Source: Rhina ancylostomus | Lineage: Eukaryota | NCBI GenBank assembly: GCA_030265395.1 | Contig: JARFYF010000084.1 | Location: 87,988,290 to 88,052,289 of the forward strand | Direction: 5' to 3' | DNA length: 64,000 bases | Position numbers and translations under genes: made by a program | Shown here: in pieces, positions 1-13,100 of the stretch | Layout: each line of letters opens with the position of its first letter | How positions within the stretch are numbered: position 1 is the first letter of the stretch | Notes under the pieces: model-generated | Database searches by the model: none | Told to the model about the DNA's origin: nothing | Seen by the model: only the letters and a program-made list of their open reading frames with translations

Positions 1-984
1 TAGGCTCACCTTTCCATTTTGCTAATGTTTAGCCTTTAAAGCCTCCAGAATCTCTGATCTCCCACAATTCTGATTTCTTATACATCTCTTGCTTTAATTA
101 TTTCTAGGATTGAGGACTGTACTACTGATTAATTACCTTTTCATTAACCTCTTTAATTTACTCATTTAAATACCTGTCTCTCAACCCCACTTTCCTTGTC
201 ATGTTGCTCAGTGTTAGAGTTTCATTGATATCACTCTTGTGAAATACCTTCAATCATTTTGCATGTTAAAGGTGCAACATGGGTGAGTTCAGAGAGAGTT
301 TGCAATCCTTAGTAAACATGAAGACCTGTGCTTAACTGGTGATATCTGTGTTTGAACTTAAAGCATTGCTCGCCAATACAATGATGTTTAATTTTATGAA
401 ATGTTTTATACACTGTAAAAAAAAAAGCTTTTTTTATTCAACTTTGAAATATGTCCCTGGCATACTTTGAATCCATGTAACAGAATTACAGCAGAATATT
501 TTGAAGGAAGGTTATTGTAGATGTCCATTGGGAAAACACAAGGACAGGATTCAGTCGATAACCTATTCTTAAACATGTTTCCCTACCAGCTGCACCACCG
601 ATTGGTGTTTGGTAACTTTTCTCCCATTCAATCTCCCCCACTACTTTAAGTAAATAATGCTGTTTTCAGTTCATCGTAGTTTCATTTTCGACCAAGCCAA
701 TTTCTTCCATCTAATATTATTCCAATCATCAAGCTGTTCAGCACAACTGTGTTTAGCATTGCTAAAGATTCTGCTTATTGGTTGGCAGAATCCAAACCAA
801 TATATCAATAATAATCTGTATCAAAACCTATTCAGTCAGAGTAAGCTGGTGACTCAAATCATGAAATAATAGTGCATTAAACCACCTCTATTCTGATCAT
901 AGCTGCAGTTATAGTTCTTATTATCAACCCTCTGCCCATGCACTGTAGGGTGTGCAACATCTGCTGTTTTATCTCCTCAATGCC

Positions 985-1267
985 TGTTGCCCAGGGACCC
1001 AAATCTCCTTGCAGGTGAAGCAGCAATTCATGTGTGCTGCTTCCAGTTTTGTTTATCACATTCGTGCTCAAAATGTGGTTTCCTCCACGTTGAGAAGACT
1101 GAATGTAAACTGGGTAACCACTATGAGCTCACAGTCATGGATCACTTTAATTCTCCATCCCATTCTCACTCTAACCTCTGTCTTTGGCCTCCTTTCACCA
1201 TCCTAACAAAGCTTAACATAAACTCAAGAAACAGAATCCCATCTTCCAACTTGCCAATTTCAGCCTT
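985..1267 (+). mobile_element. Penelope-like element remnant (GIY-YIG endonuclease region), frameshifted
   Basis: Joined frames give QQFMCAASSFVYHIR/CSKCGFLHVEKTECKLG...DHFNSPSHSHS, resembling PLE 'FTCxSxNxVYCIxCxxCxxLYIGET...HFNSPSHS'. Confidence 0.7.
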
Positions 1268-1289
1268 GTGCTGTTATAAGACTCGTGAA

Positions 1290-1530
1290 TGGACCCTTTG
1301 TATGCTAAAGTTGAACTCTTTATCTCTTAATCTACCTTGTTATGGTTCTTGCACCTTGTTGTCTACCTGCACTGAACTTTCTCTGAAAATTCTGCATTCT
1401 GTTATTGTTTTTCCTTTTGTACTACCTTGACGTACTTGTGTTTGAAGTGATCTGTCTGGATGGAATGCAAACAAAGCTTTCACTGTGGCATTTGGGAACT
1501 TTAAATAAAAACAGATAGTGGTAATTCCAA
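1290..1530 (+). mobile_element. 3' tail fragment of an interspersed non-LTR repeat
   Basis: ctgcattctgttattg...gatctgtctggatggaatgcaaacaaagctttcactgt motif that I recognise as a recurrent elasmobranch retroposon tail; family not certain. Confidence 0.45.
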
Positions 1531-2119
1531 TCTGTTTAACCATTCTCCACAAAATAATCCCTTTATCGCAGGAAACAATTTCACAAACCTTCTTTGAGCT
1601 GTATCCAAGACAAATATTTTTCTCCTTAAATAAAGTCCACAGTTGTACATAACTATGAGGCTCAAATCCTTGCAGTGTTTCAGCCATATCCCCTTACTCT
1701 TGTACCCCCTGCCCTCCCATTACTTGTTGTATCTGCATTCTAACTTCGTAGACCGACATCCAAATTTCTCTGCACGCCTTAATTAATTCTCGCATCCTTT
1801 AAGTAATACTCTGCTTTTCTGTTCTTCCCTTGGAAGTGAATAACAGATTTCCTCTCATTACATTCAAATGCTGTTTTGCCCACATACTTAACCTGCATCT
1901 CTGCAGACTCTGTGTGCTCCATACCATTTATTACGTGTGAGAACTTACTGGTTGGCACCTGTAAAACAAAATGCCTACCAGCAACTTCCCTGTACCTCTC
2001 CTTCAATCTGTCAGATACNNNNNNNNNNNNNNNNNNNNNNNNNNNNNNNNNNNNNNNNNNNNNNNNNNNNNNNNNNNNNNNNNNNNNNNNNNNNNNNNNN
2101 NNNNNNNNNNNNNNNNNNT

Positions 2120-3153
2120 CGCACCTGATCAGGGAAGCCTGAGAACTAAAGACAATGCCATTCATCATTAACCTGCACAGCAAAGAGCACTATCTGTTTT
2201 TATTTAAAGTTCCCAAATGCCACAGTGTTTTGGTTTTGAAATATCTATCGTCTGTTCTTAATGAGTACCTTTTACGTGCACTTTCCTTTGACAGGTTATT
2301 CAACCCAATTGATCTCTGCCAGTATTTGAGCACACAAGCCTCTTCCCATGTTTTTTCTCTATCTACGTTATACATACTTTGCCACTGTTTTTCCTTTGTC
2401 TTCAAATCCATTGCTGAGTTGCATTTTATATGCTACATCAGTGCCCAATCTGAGCATTCTCATTTATTGTATCAACCTCTCTACATTCTATGATAACATT
2501 GCTTTGAATTTGCCTGAATCACAAGATGGTGAGTGCATCCTGGCAGGAATTCTGTTTGTACTGTGTTTAAGCAAAGATCCTGTCCCAGCCATTGTAAATT
2601 TTAAACATTTAGACAGTCCTGGCAGCAGTATTTGCATTGGATAAGTGTTTAAATCAACTGCAGCTTGGATTGAACACTTTTAAAGACGTACAATGGAAGA
2701 CCACATTGAAGTTATGTTCAATAAAATGTTGGCCCAAGATATGAGGGTACCCTTTTATTTGTATCAGTTTGGACCTGGGCAGTTTCCTGACTCTATGGTG
2801 TAATTTTAACACTGGAGGGGAGCAATTAGATGAAGTGTCGTATAACTAGGCACTAAAGTGGTGTCCCCAGTTCTGCAAATGTACAATAAAAGCCACCTGC
2901 TCTAAGTAAATCCAGACATGGGCTTTGGCAGCACATTTACCATAATGTGAGAAGCATTTAGCACTGAGTACATTAGTACCCAAGCAGGATATGTACTATT
3001 AAAATATACCTCGAGGGCACCCAGACCAAGGCACTTAGAATGCTGGAGTCATTTGGTGCAAGCTAAAAACAGTAACTGGATAGTGCTCTTTGCTGTGCAG
3101 GTTAATGATGAATGGCATTGTCTTTAGTTCTCAGGCTTCCCTGATCAGGTGCG
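2120..3153. repeat. Segment bounded by a perfect 75-bp inverted repeat (2120-2194 / 3079-3153), both arms abutting assembly gaps
   Basis: cgcacctgatcagggaagcc...aagagcactatc is the exact reverse complement of gatagtgctctt...ctgatcaggtgcg. Confidence 0.9.
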
Positions 3154-3914
3154 GNNNNNNNNNNNNNNNNNNNNNNNNNNNNNNNNNNNNNNNNNNNNNN
3201 NNNNNNNNNNNNNNNNNNNNNNNNNNNNNNNNNNNNNNNNNNNNNNNNNNNNNNNNNNNNNNNNNNNNNNNNNNNNNNNNNNNNNNNNNNNNNNNNNNNN
3301 NNNNNNNNNNNNNNNNNNNNNNNNNNNNNNNNNNNNNNNNNNNNNNNNNNNNNNNNNNNNNNNNNNNNNNNNNNNNNNNNNNNNNNNNNNNNNNNNNNNN
3401 NNNNNNNNNNNNNNNNNNNNNNNNNNNNNNNNNNNNNNNNNNNNNNNNNNNNNNNNNNNNNNNNNNNNNNNNNNNNNNNNNNNNNNNNNNNNNNNNNNNN
3501 NNNNNNNNNNNNNNNNNNNNNNNNNNNNNNNNNNNNNNNNNNNNNNNNNNNNNNNNNNNNNNNNNNNNNNNNNNNNNNNNNNNNNNNNNNNNNNNNNNNN
3601 NNNNNNNNNNNNNNNNNNNNNNNNNNNNNNGATAATGTTTAAACATAATCTAATTACCACCCCCCCCCCCCCCCACTGGAGTTTAGAAGAATTAGAAGTG
3701 ATCAAACTGAATCTTGAAAGTTTCTGAGTGGCTGCTGCTCAAATGAGAGAGTCCAGTATTAGGGGGATAGTCCCAAGGTTAAGGATCAGTCACTTCAGGG
3801 AAAGATGAGTAGATTTTTTTTTATGTGTCTGACTGTAAATCTTTGAAATTCTGTGCCCCGTAGAACTGTGATTGCTGAGTCAATATGTATATTGTATAAA
3901 TATAAAACTATGAA

Positions 3915-4135
3915 TCTTAGAACATAGAACAGTACAGCACAGGAAGAGGCCCTTCAGCCCACAATATCGTGCTGAACTAATTAAACGAATGGTGCCTAAT
4001 TAAACTAATCCCTTTTTTTCCCTCTTTCCCCCCCCCCCACTACTTCTACCTTCTCATTTCCATTTCCATGGAGCAGGCTCGATGGGCCGAATGGCCGCCT
4101 GCTCCCTTATCTTGTGATCTTCTGCCTGCACATTA
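3915..4135 (-). mobile_element. CR1/HER1-type LINE or SINE 3' tail fragments
   Basis: agaacatagaacagtacagcacaggaagaggcccttcagccc is the reverse complement of the CR1 tail; an embedded + strand tail gggccgaatggcc is also present. Confidence 0.65.
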
Positions 4136-6379
4136 TGTACATAATTCCTTCTACTGGATTATGCTAGGAGTCCANNNNNNNNNNNNNNNNNNNNNNNNNN
4201 NNNNNNNNNNNNNNNNNNNNNNNNNNNNNNNGTAACTATTTCAATCTTTACTGTATGACTGAGTTAACAGCAGCAGGCTCAGGGCTACAGCAAAGGTGAT
4301 GAAAATTCAATTAGAATTACCAAATCCTGTTGGGAAATATAGATTTTTGAACTTTGTGAAAGCAGAACTAGGCTCTCCTGAAATCTCTTGATGAAAAATC
4401 CTGCTGACATATGCTGAGTTTGCTCATTTTGCAAGTAGCTGGGTGGTGATTGGGACCATGTAACACATACAGCAGTAAAATTCAGTTCCTTTAGTAAGGA
4501 TTAGCAGTGATACAGGAAACTGGTGTCTGTCAAACATTGATTTATGGCTGCTACCATGGTCTTGTTCTTCCCAAGTTCATCTCAACTTTTGATTTCTATT
4601 AGATATTCTGAAATGAAACTCCAACAGCTGGATACATAAATATCTAATTGAAATAACCGAAGAAAAGAAAGGAAACGGGCTAACCATCTGTTTCATTCAA
4701 CCACAAAAGTTGTCTTCCAGTTTTTCACTTTGCTCTTGAAGACTCCTGTGACCCTCAAAAGGCAGTTTCTCTATGGATTGGTATTCTTTCCACAAAATGC
4801 AGTTTCAGAAAAATAACCTGCAAAGTTATTTTCTTTCCACCGGTTCTACTTTATAATATTATGCAGGTGGAATAACCAGGAAATCTTTCCTACAGATGTT
4901 GCTTTATTGGAAATGTGTGTACACTTTCATTTTTGAAAGCTGCTTTTTGAATAAGTGAATGTTCCTGTAACATTGCCATGTGCATGTTGATCCCTCTGTC
5001 TTCATTCAAGCATAAAAAAGGGCATACTGTAATTTTTCTTAATCTGAATATATTTTGATCACCAGATGGTGATCATTGTCAGGATGATTTAGTGGGTGGC
5101 CAAACTATTCCCATTCTGTCACAATATAAGGATCTCACCTTATATTGATTTACAATTTGACAAGATCTCTTGCCAGTTTTTCCCTCGTGTTATGAAAGCA
5201 TCTCATTGATGATAGCAGAGGTGCTTGGAAACTACATCATTCTGCTCCCTCTGAAAAGTACAACTGTTGTAAAAAAAAAACTGGAAATGCTGGAAACACT
5301 CAGCTGGTCAGGCAGCATCTGCAGAAAGAGAGAATATTTCAGGTTTTAGGTCTGCTGCCTTAATCCTGTTGCAGTGTAGTAAATAACAAGGTTTCAGACT
5401 GGTTGGTCTTCCATGTGATCTTGCCTTTTATATGTTAACTAGGAGAATGTTTGCGTTATCCATGCAGCTCGAGCACTTCTCATATCTTTATTTTAAAAGG
5501 TAACAGTAATTGGGATAGTCATAAATAAATACCAGAAGCTTTTCTATAGAGAAGAAAATGATATTGAAGTGAAGACATACAGCTATAGTCGAAACATTTC
5601 TATTAGCTGGTTATTACCATGACATTGGTAAAGGTTTGGTCATGGAGCATTGTGCTTACTTCCCATATGGAGTAAGTTTCATGACATGGATAGCTGAAAA
5701 GATGAGGGTGAAAAACATAGAACTTCTTTTGAGAAAAGTATCCATAAACCATCAAAGACTTTTGAAGGTAGTTTCCTGTAATTTCCTAATGATGACTGCA
5801 GGAACAAATTCAAGGTCAATTTGTAACCTTTATGTAATTTGATGTTTATGATGTTGAGATGCATTTGAAGTCCTCTAACGTTAAATGGTGTGTTTATTCC
5901 CACACACTCAACTACTTTTGTAATCAATTTAAGGAAAAACTTGGCTGACTTTATGTATGAGCATAGTTTGATTTTAGCCCTTTCACAATGAAACTTTTAA
6001 GAAAAAGAATAACACAAAGTGTCCTGCCCAATCAGAAATCTTGATTCTGTTAATTTTCATTATGTCAGTGTGAAAGCAAGTTTTAAATACCTTGTAGTTA
6101 TTCCAGTATCATATCCATTGGTGCCCTCAGCACAGATTATATTACCTGGACTTTGCAGTGGGAGTGCACATATTGGCTGGGATAAACACAGGTTATCATT
6201 CTTGAAGGCTCATTCCAAGCACAGACCTACCCATGCAAAATCAGACATCTGGCCCTCTCTTTAGTCCCACTCTACTCCTACCTATGAATGTTGTTTGAGG
6301 TGATTTCTAAAAAAAGAAATGCCTGTCTGAAGCCACTGGGATAGTGGATTTGGCAATCAGCACACTTGAGGTGAGATGA

Positions 6380-6660
6380 GATGCGATATTTTTATTAGTC
6401 ACATGTACATCAAAACACACAATGAAATACACCTTTTGCATAGAGTGTTCTGGGGGCAGCCCGCAAGTGTCGCCATGCTTCCAGCGCCAACATAGCATGT
6501 CCACAACTTCCTAACCCGTACATCTTTGAAATATGGGAGGAAACCGGAGCACCCGAAGGAAACCCATGCAGACACAGGGAGAACATACAAACTCCTCACA
6601 GACAGTGGCCGGAATTGAACCCGGGTTGCTGGTGCTGTAAACCATTACGCTAACTGCTAC
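6380..6660 (-). mobile_element. tRNA-derived V-SINE
   Basis: Minus strand has B-box ggttcaattcc, V-domain gagtttgtatgttctccctgtgtctgcatgggtttcc...tgctccggtttcctccca and tail gtacatgtgactaataaa. Confidence 0.8.
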
Positions 6661-6951
6661 ATTTTCAATTCACTCAGCATTCTGTGTCCTGATGTGTTCA
6701 AAATCCCAATTGAACAAAAGCTCCCAAGAAAAGTAGACATTCCCCTTAATTTGGACCCTTTTCACTGACCTGGAACAATAAGAACGAGACTATCTTCCTC
6801 TACTTACCCCTGCCCCCCTGCCCCCAGTTGGAAACATCGGTATGATGTGGTAAGTTCAAGACGCACAGTTGCTGTTCTATAAACCTCATTATTTTACACA
6901 CATACATTAAGTTCTGTGTGAGTGTAATTCCAATATCTCTTCTTATCTCAG

Positions 6952-7110
6952 AAAACTGCTGCAGATGGGAAGAGACAAGAAGTCATTGTGTTAGACTCAA
7001 AGCGGAGCAATGCCATTAACATTGGACTGACTGTATTACCTCCTCCGAGAACAATCAAGACTGCGATTCTTAACTTTGATGAATATGCCTTGAACAAGGA
7101 AGGAATAGAG
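6952..7110 (+). CDS. FHOD3: FHOD3 coding exon (FH2 domain, includes AINIGL with the conserved actin-binding Ile)
   Basis: tcttatctcag|AAAACT...ATAGAG|gtaag; [53 protein letters not shown]. Confidence 0.96.
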
Positions 7111-10100
7111 GTAAGAATTCCTTTGTTTGCCTTGTATATCTATGCAATAAATTAAGATAATGATCATTTTCACATGGAACCAGTCTAGCAATCTGTTACA
7201 GTTTTCTTAAATAGTAGAGTTAACTTTTAAACTAAAACACCACGATTAGAATCAGGCTGAATAACATCAGCTTGTGACAAATAGAAGCTGGATTTCGAGT
7301 GCATTCTCCACATATCAATCTTGTTACATGCTGTGGAAAAAGTTCAAAGCTATGAGCATTCAGGTGGAATTTAGGAATTGATTTACTCCAGGTGAAGGAG
7401 AGAAACTCAAACAAGGAAGAGAATGTATCCTATGCCCATTATTTGATGCAGGGACAGATGGAAGTACCTGTTTGTTTCACTACCTAATGCCAATGTAGAA
7501 ATGTCTTCACCAGAAGCACTGCATTAGTTCACCAAGGTAACTCAACTTCACCTTCTCAAGGGCACTTAGGGCTGAGCAATGGATGTTGACCTTTACCAAT
7601 GATACCTACACCTTATGATATGACCATGGCTAGTTTTTGTACAACTTCAAAGTTGAATTTCAAAGATAGGAAAGTGGAATGTTATGGCCTTTTAATTACC
7701 AAATATCAGCATTATTTCATATATATCCAGTGTTCTATAATTTTTATTGAAATACATAAACAGAGTTGGCCACAGTGAGAGCTTAAAAGTTACTGGTGGG
7801 GATATGAGTGCTGAGGGATTGTGTTTATTTTTTAAAAGTAGGCTGAAGATTTTGGCTTTTATTTGTGTTTTTTGGCATTTTGGATGACTACAAAGCTGAG
7901 TGTGAATCACAGTATAAATGAATAAAAGGCTTTCTCCCTCCAACCTTCATCAGTTTAACTTCTGACAGTCATAGCTCCATATGCACAGTGAGAGGAATCA
8001 AGTTAATTGGTGTAAGGTACTAACTCTTCTGGGCTTTCACCTTATTTCAAGCAGCAGTTGCTTGCCAGTAGGAGAAAATTAATTCTTGTTGTAAGGCAGC
8101 CACTGTGTTTGCTTGGAAGATTCCTTCAGAGGAAACTCTGTCTTTAGCTGCTTAGTTTATTGTGAAAGAGGATCAGGCAAACACTAAATAAGTGTCACCA
8201 TAATTGTGATTCTCGGAAACCAATAACTTATTTAAATGTTTCAAGTTTTCTGTGACCAAATCAAGAAAGCAATGTGGGATTTGTTCCCAATCCAACCCTA
8301 ATCTTCTTGGTTCCAAAGTGCCTGATCTTAGAGTCATGTGAGTTGGAAGCAGGTCCTTCAGCACACTGAGTCTGTACCAACCATCAAGCACGCATTTACA
8401 CTAATATTATTTTTATTCTCCCCATATTCCCATCAACTCCCCTCAGATTTTATCATCCACTCATACACTAGAGGCAATTTGCAGTGGCATTTTAACCTAC
8501 CGACTTGCACATTACTGGGACATGGAGGAAACAGGACACTCAGAGGAAGCTCACACATTCACAGAGAGAATGTGCAAACTCCACACAGACAGCACCAGAG
8601 GTCAGCATTGAACCTGGGTCACTGAAGCTGTGAGGTAGCAGCTCTATTAGCTGTGCTACTGTTCTGCTTGGTTGATGGTGGCAGCCCTAACGCAGAAAGA
8701 AAAGATTTTTTTTACTTCAAAGATTAATTGTGAGTTTAAAAAAATAATTGGCAAACGTAACCAATCAGAGGGTTAAATTTCCTCTATGCGCCGGGCTACA
8801 TTGTAAAGCAGCTTCTGAAGAGCGGGTTTATTATTTTCTTAAACCTATTGCGCAGAGGAAAGTTTGCAACTTGTTTCCTCATTATCTATATGATACTTTC
8901 TCCTTCCTTCTCCAGGTTGGATGTGTAAATTAATAGCAATTGTACCATCCTGTTGGATATAATCTGCTCCATTTCACCCAGATGCTTCCTTGTGATTGTC
9001 CAAATCAATTTTGTAAAGACTTGTCTGAAAAGAGCAAAGCAGAAACATATAACCATTGTGCTAAGTCACCATAGCAGATCATGTTTTTGAGATTTCAGCT
9101 GATTACAACTGTCTCTAAATTTGCTGTTTTAGCATACCATCCAAGAAAAGCCAAAGAAAAAATGTGGAAGATTTTCAGGAATGTACTCAACATTGGGGGC
9201 AGAACAGAACGAAAATCAAATCAGATACCAGAAATTAGGAGCAGATGCTGGATCACTGGAAATACGTACCCTGTGAGTCAGCATCTGTGGACAGAGAAAC
9301 AGAGTTCAAATGTAAAATGCATCTTCTTCCTCGAACTCTTGATGAGCATATCTGGGAAATGGGCTGCAGGAAATTAATGTGGAGTTCCAATATTAACGCT
9401 TTCATTTCAAAACCTGCCCAAAGGAGATTTAGGAAAGGCTTTTCATTTTAATGATATATTGTGGAGAGGGTTGGGTGTAAGATGGAAAGGAAGGTTAAGT
9501 TACTCTCACCCATGCTTTGGTGATTGGAAGAGCTTGTGAAATAGGCTTGATCCGCAAGTTAGAGAGACTGGATGTGGGAAAAGAATTTAAAGGAGAGGAA
9601 CTAATTTGTAATATAAATGAAAAATTAAAACAACTCTTTGGTCCTTTCGGATGCTATTCGATGATTTTAGTTTAGTCTTTCCTTCTGCATTCAACTACCG
9701 TGAAGTTTGGACAACCAGTTGTATGAGAAGGGACACATTACTGTTCATCATTCGAAGTACTGTGGAGCACATACTCACTCCCTCTTCCCACCCACTCACT
9801 GTCCAAAGCTTGCAAGGAAATTAAAACGAGTGCAGTAGAATTAATGCTCCCATTTTTTTGTGGGCTTTACTTCTCAGGACTACAGAAATAAAAAAACTTC
9901 AGTTTATCTTTCCCAACTTCAGGATGCTTTGAAGCACTTTCCAACTGAAGTCAGTTTTATGTAGGAAGTGCAGCAGCCAATTTGCAGCCAGTAAGATCTT
10001 TTTTGCACCACGACTGCTACTGCTGTGAAGAAACAGTATCGTTGAATTTTCTTCCAAATTATTCCCTCAGGATTGAAAATGACCTCCTTCCATGAGGCCA

Positions 10101-13100
10101 TTGTAAGACCTGTAGACTCTGCCACAGATGGAGCAGGAAGTGTTTGACACTGTTGATGGATCGTTTAGAAAATTGTGCATGCCTTCCAATGCTTACACTG
10201 GACCTATGTGTATGCTAAAGTTATCAGTACTGTTTCCAGATGCTCCTTGAGATCTTTTATGTGCACTAGAGGCAATTTCAACATTTCAAATAAATAATGG
10301 CACCTCTCCTAGTACTGAAAAGAGAGTCACCATGAATGAGATGGTCAAGACTCTAGAGTCAGATCTGAAACCCATAATCTTCTGACTGGAGAGGGTGTTC
10401 TATCACTAAATTACGACTAACAAAGGAAATGTTGGAGCTGAGAGAAGGCCACTGGTACATTTGTCTCTGGTCCCCTTGAAACCTAACTCCCGTTGTAGCA
10501 TCTGATTAAATTTTGAATATTCTTAATTTTGTCTCTGATGTCCTGTCAAGATGTTTTTTTCCAAAAATTGCATCTTCAGTGAGAATAGTATTCTTCACAG
10601 TTTACAAAATGAACTATTCAGAAGGAAACATTCTGAGACCATAGTTTCTGTTTTAAGAAGAAACTAAAGGGTTCAAAGCAGGGCAAAGTTTAGACTTTCA
10701 AAGCATCACTTAGTAATTTTGTTACTAAGTTTTCCTTCTTTTGAAATCTCAGATATGGCATTTTCAACATAAAAAATATTGATAATCACTAATTATCCAA
10801 AATATTTGCACATTAATAATATTGTTAAACTCAGCCTCATAGGAAAAATAGTGATTAACCTTGCATCAGGAGGCTTGAGGGATTGATTGTTTAGTTGCTC
10901 TTAACCCGTATTGTTAGAGAAGTACACCATAAGGGAAATTCACTCTCAAGCTATAACACATACAGATCATGAAGAAAATGGCCCTTCCTGCAAATTTTGT
11001 CAAATAAATGGCTGTCATAAGTCTGATTTTATTTTTAGAAAATCTTGACCATGATTCCCAGTGAAGAAGAAAAGCAGAAGATCCAAGAAGCCCAGCTGTT
11101 GAATCCTGACATTCCTTTAGGTTCTGCAGAACAGTTTCTTCTCACCTTGTCTTCCATTAGTGAACTCTCAGCTCGACTCCAGCTCTGGGCCTTCAAACTA
11201 GACCATGAAACTGTGGAGAAGGTAACTCAGACCTAAAAATAAATTGATCTATGATATGTGGTGTATTTATTAACGGCATACATTTTACAGTGTTTAGCTG
11301 AATAAGTGAATAAAAAAAGTCTGGCAGGCCCTTTTCTGCTTAGAAGAAATGAGGATAGGTTGCTGTCAGTAACAAATGTTGATGAAAATGATGTTGGAAT
11401 AAAATACCAGGGCTGATTAGGATTTTAATTTCATGCTATACTCATTTGTATGTTTGTGGATGGCTGAGGAAATGTATATTGTTGAAGGCACAGTTTCCTG
11501 TACTAGGTTAATATTGCAGCTCAATACAGTTTGAAAATTTGTGTGTATTAGGGTACAAGTGTAATTTAAAGAAAATTATAAATGTTCAATTATGAATAAC
11601 AACTGCCACGATATGAAGTTACTAAGCTGTATGGGTTAAACTGCATGCTTTGCAAAAGAGTTATCAATCTAGCTGCTTTGTCACTTATCTTAGATGTGCA
11701 GCAAATCTGCACAGGAAAATTTATGGAATGCAAGTCAAGAATTTCCACATCAAGTTTCATTTCCCACACCACCTTTTTCAATAAGCACTGTTTTTTTGTT
11801 ATTGTTGGTGTAATTTATATGCAGTTTCTCTGACTCCAGGATGTAAATGTTACATTAGCTTTATAATATGATTGTAAATATATTGCACAGTGCATGTCCT
11901 ACTTATGACCTTGAGGGTCTGACTTGTCCTTGTTCTGGCTACAGGAAGTTGCAGAGCCTCTACAGGACTTGAAAGAAGGAATGGACCAGTTAGAAAATAA
12001 TAAAACTTTAAGATATATCCTGGCTACATTACTGGCAATAGGGAACTTCTTAAATGCATCAAATGTGAGTCTTCCTGTTTTCTCATTCTTTATATGAAAT
12101 ACATCTGGTTTGGGCATTCTGTGAGAATTATTTTAAGATGTGTCTTAAATTGATGCAAGATAATCAAGTCACATAGCACAAAAAGGACATATTCAGGTTC
12201 CTTACTTNNNNNNNNNNNNNNNNNNNNNNNNNNNNNNNNNNNNNNNNNNNNNNNNNNNNNNNNNNNNNNNNNNNNNNNNNNNNNNNNNNNNNNNNNNNNN
12301 NNNNNNNNNNNNNNNNNNNNNNNNNNNNNNNNNNNNNNNNNNNNNNNNCTGTTCCTCTGATTTAAATATTAGTTTAATCTTCCCTTAAAAGATAATGGGT
12401 TGGATTCTGCTATGAGTAACAAACTCTCAGCCATACATTGAACCTGCACTTTCCAATAGACTTCCCACAGAGTTTCCCAAGGTAAGTTGTGGTTTATTAA
12501 ACAGCACTATACCCCTGAAAGAGATCTTGGACCTTTGCAAACATGGAAAGGATCTGTGTATTGTTGTATATGTGAATATAAATGAATCTTTAAGAACTGA
12601 TTGTATCATACGGGATGACTTTTGGTACATTGTTGTACCAGCCACTGTTAATTGTAAGTTGATTGCTTTCAGTAAAGAACATTCTGTTGGTTGCTCTACC
12701 ATTTTTTACTGGATACATTGTGGTCTTTGTGGGCTCTTTAGTGTTCCAGTCAATGGAACACCAAAGAGCCCATAAAGATGACAAGCATCTAATTAGTTAG
12801 GAAAAATATTGATGAGCAATACAGAGTTTTAACTAGGAAGAGTCAGTTGGAATAGCAAATTTGATGCCAAATCAAATACAATAAGTGCAATAAAAAGATG
12901 AAAAGACAAAATGGATTACAAAGGAGAAAAAAAACAGATGAAATTTTGCAAAATCTTTTATGTGCTCAGTGATGATTAAAGTCTGAAAGATTTCAGCACA
13001 TGATATCTTTATTAGTGGAGAGGTTTCTTGGTTATTTTTAAAAAGTATCATATCAAAAAGAGAGACAATGGTTTCCACTTTGACTCAAACGTGCAGTGTG

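Noticed and set aside
3090-3727. Long ORFs containing X runs (also near 15.5, 22.4, 24.3, 34.7 and 53.6 kb)
   Set aside because: Artefacts of translating through N-gaps.
12040-12064. GNFLNA instead of the usual GNFLNG
   Set aside because: Single small-residue change at an exon end; the core motif is intact and I cannot show it is unusual.
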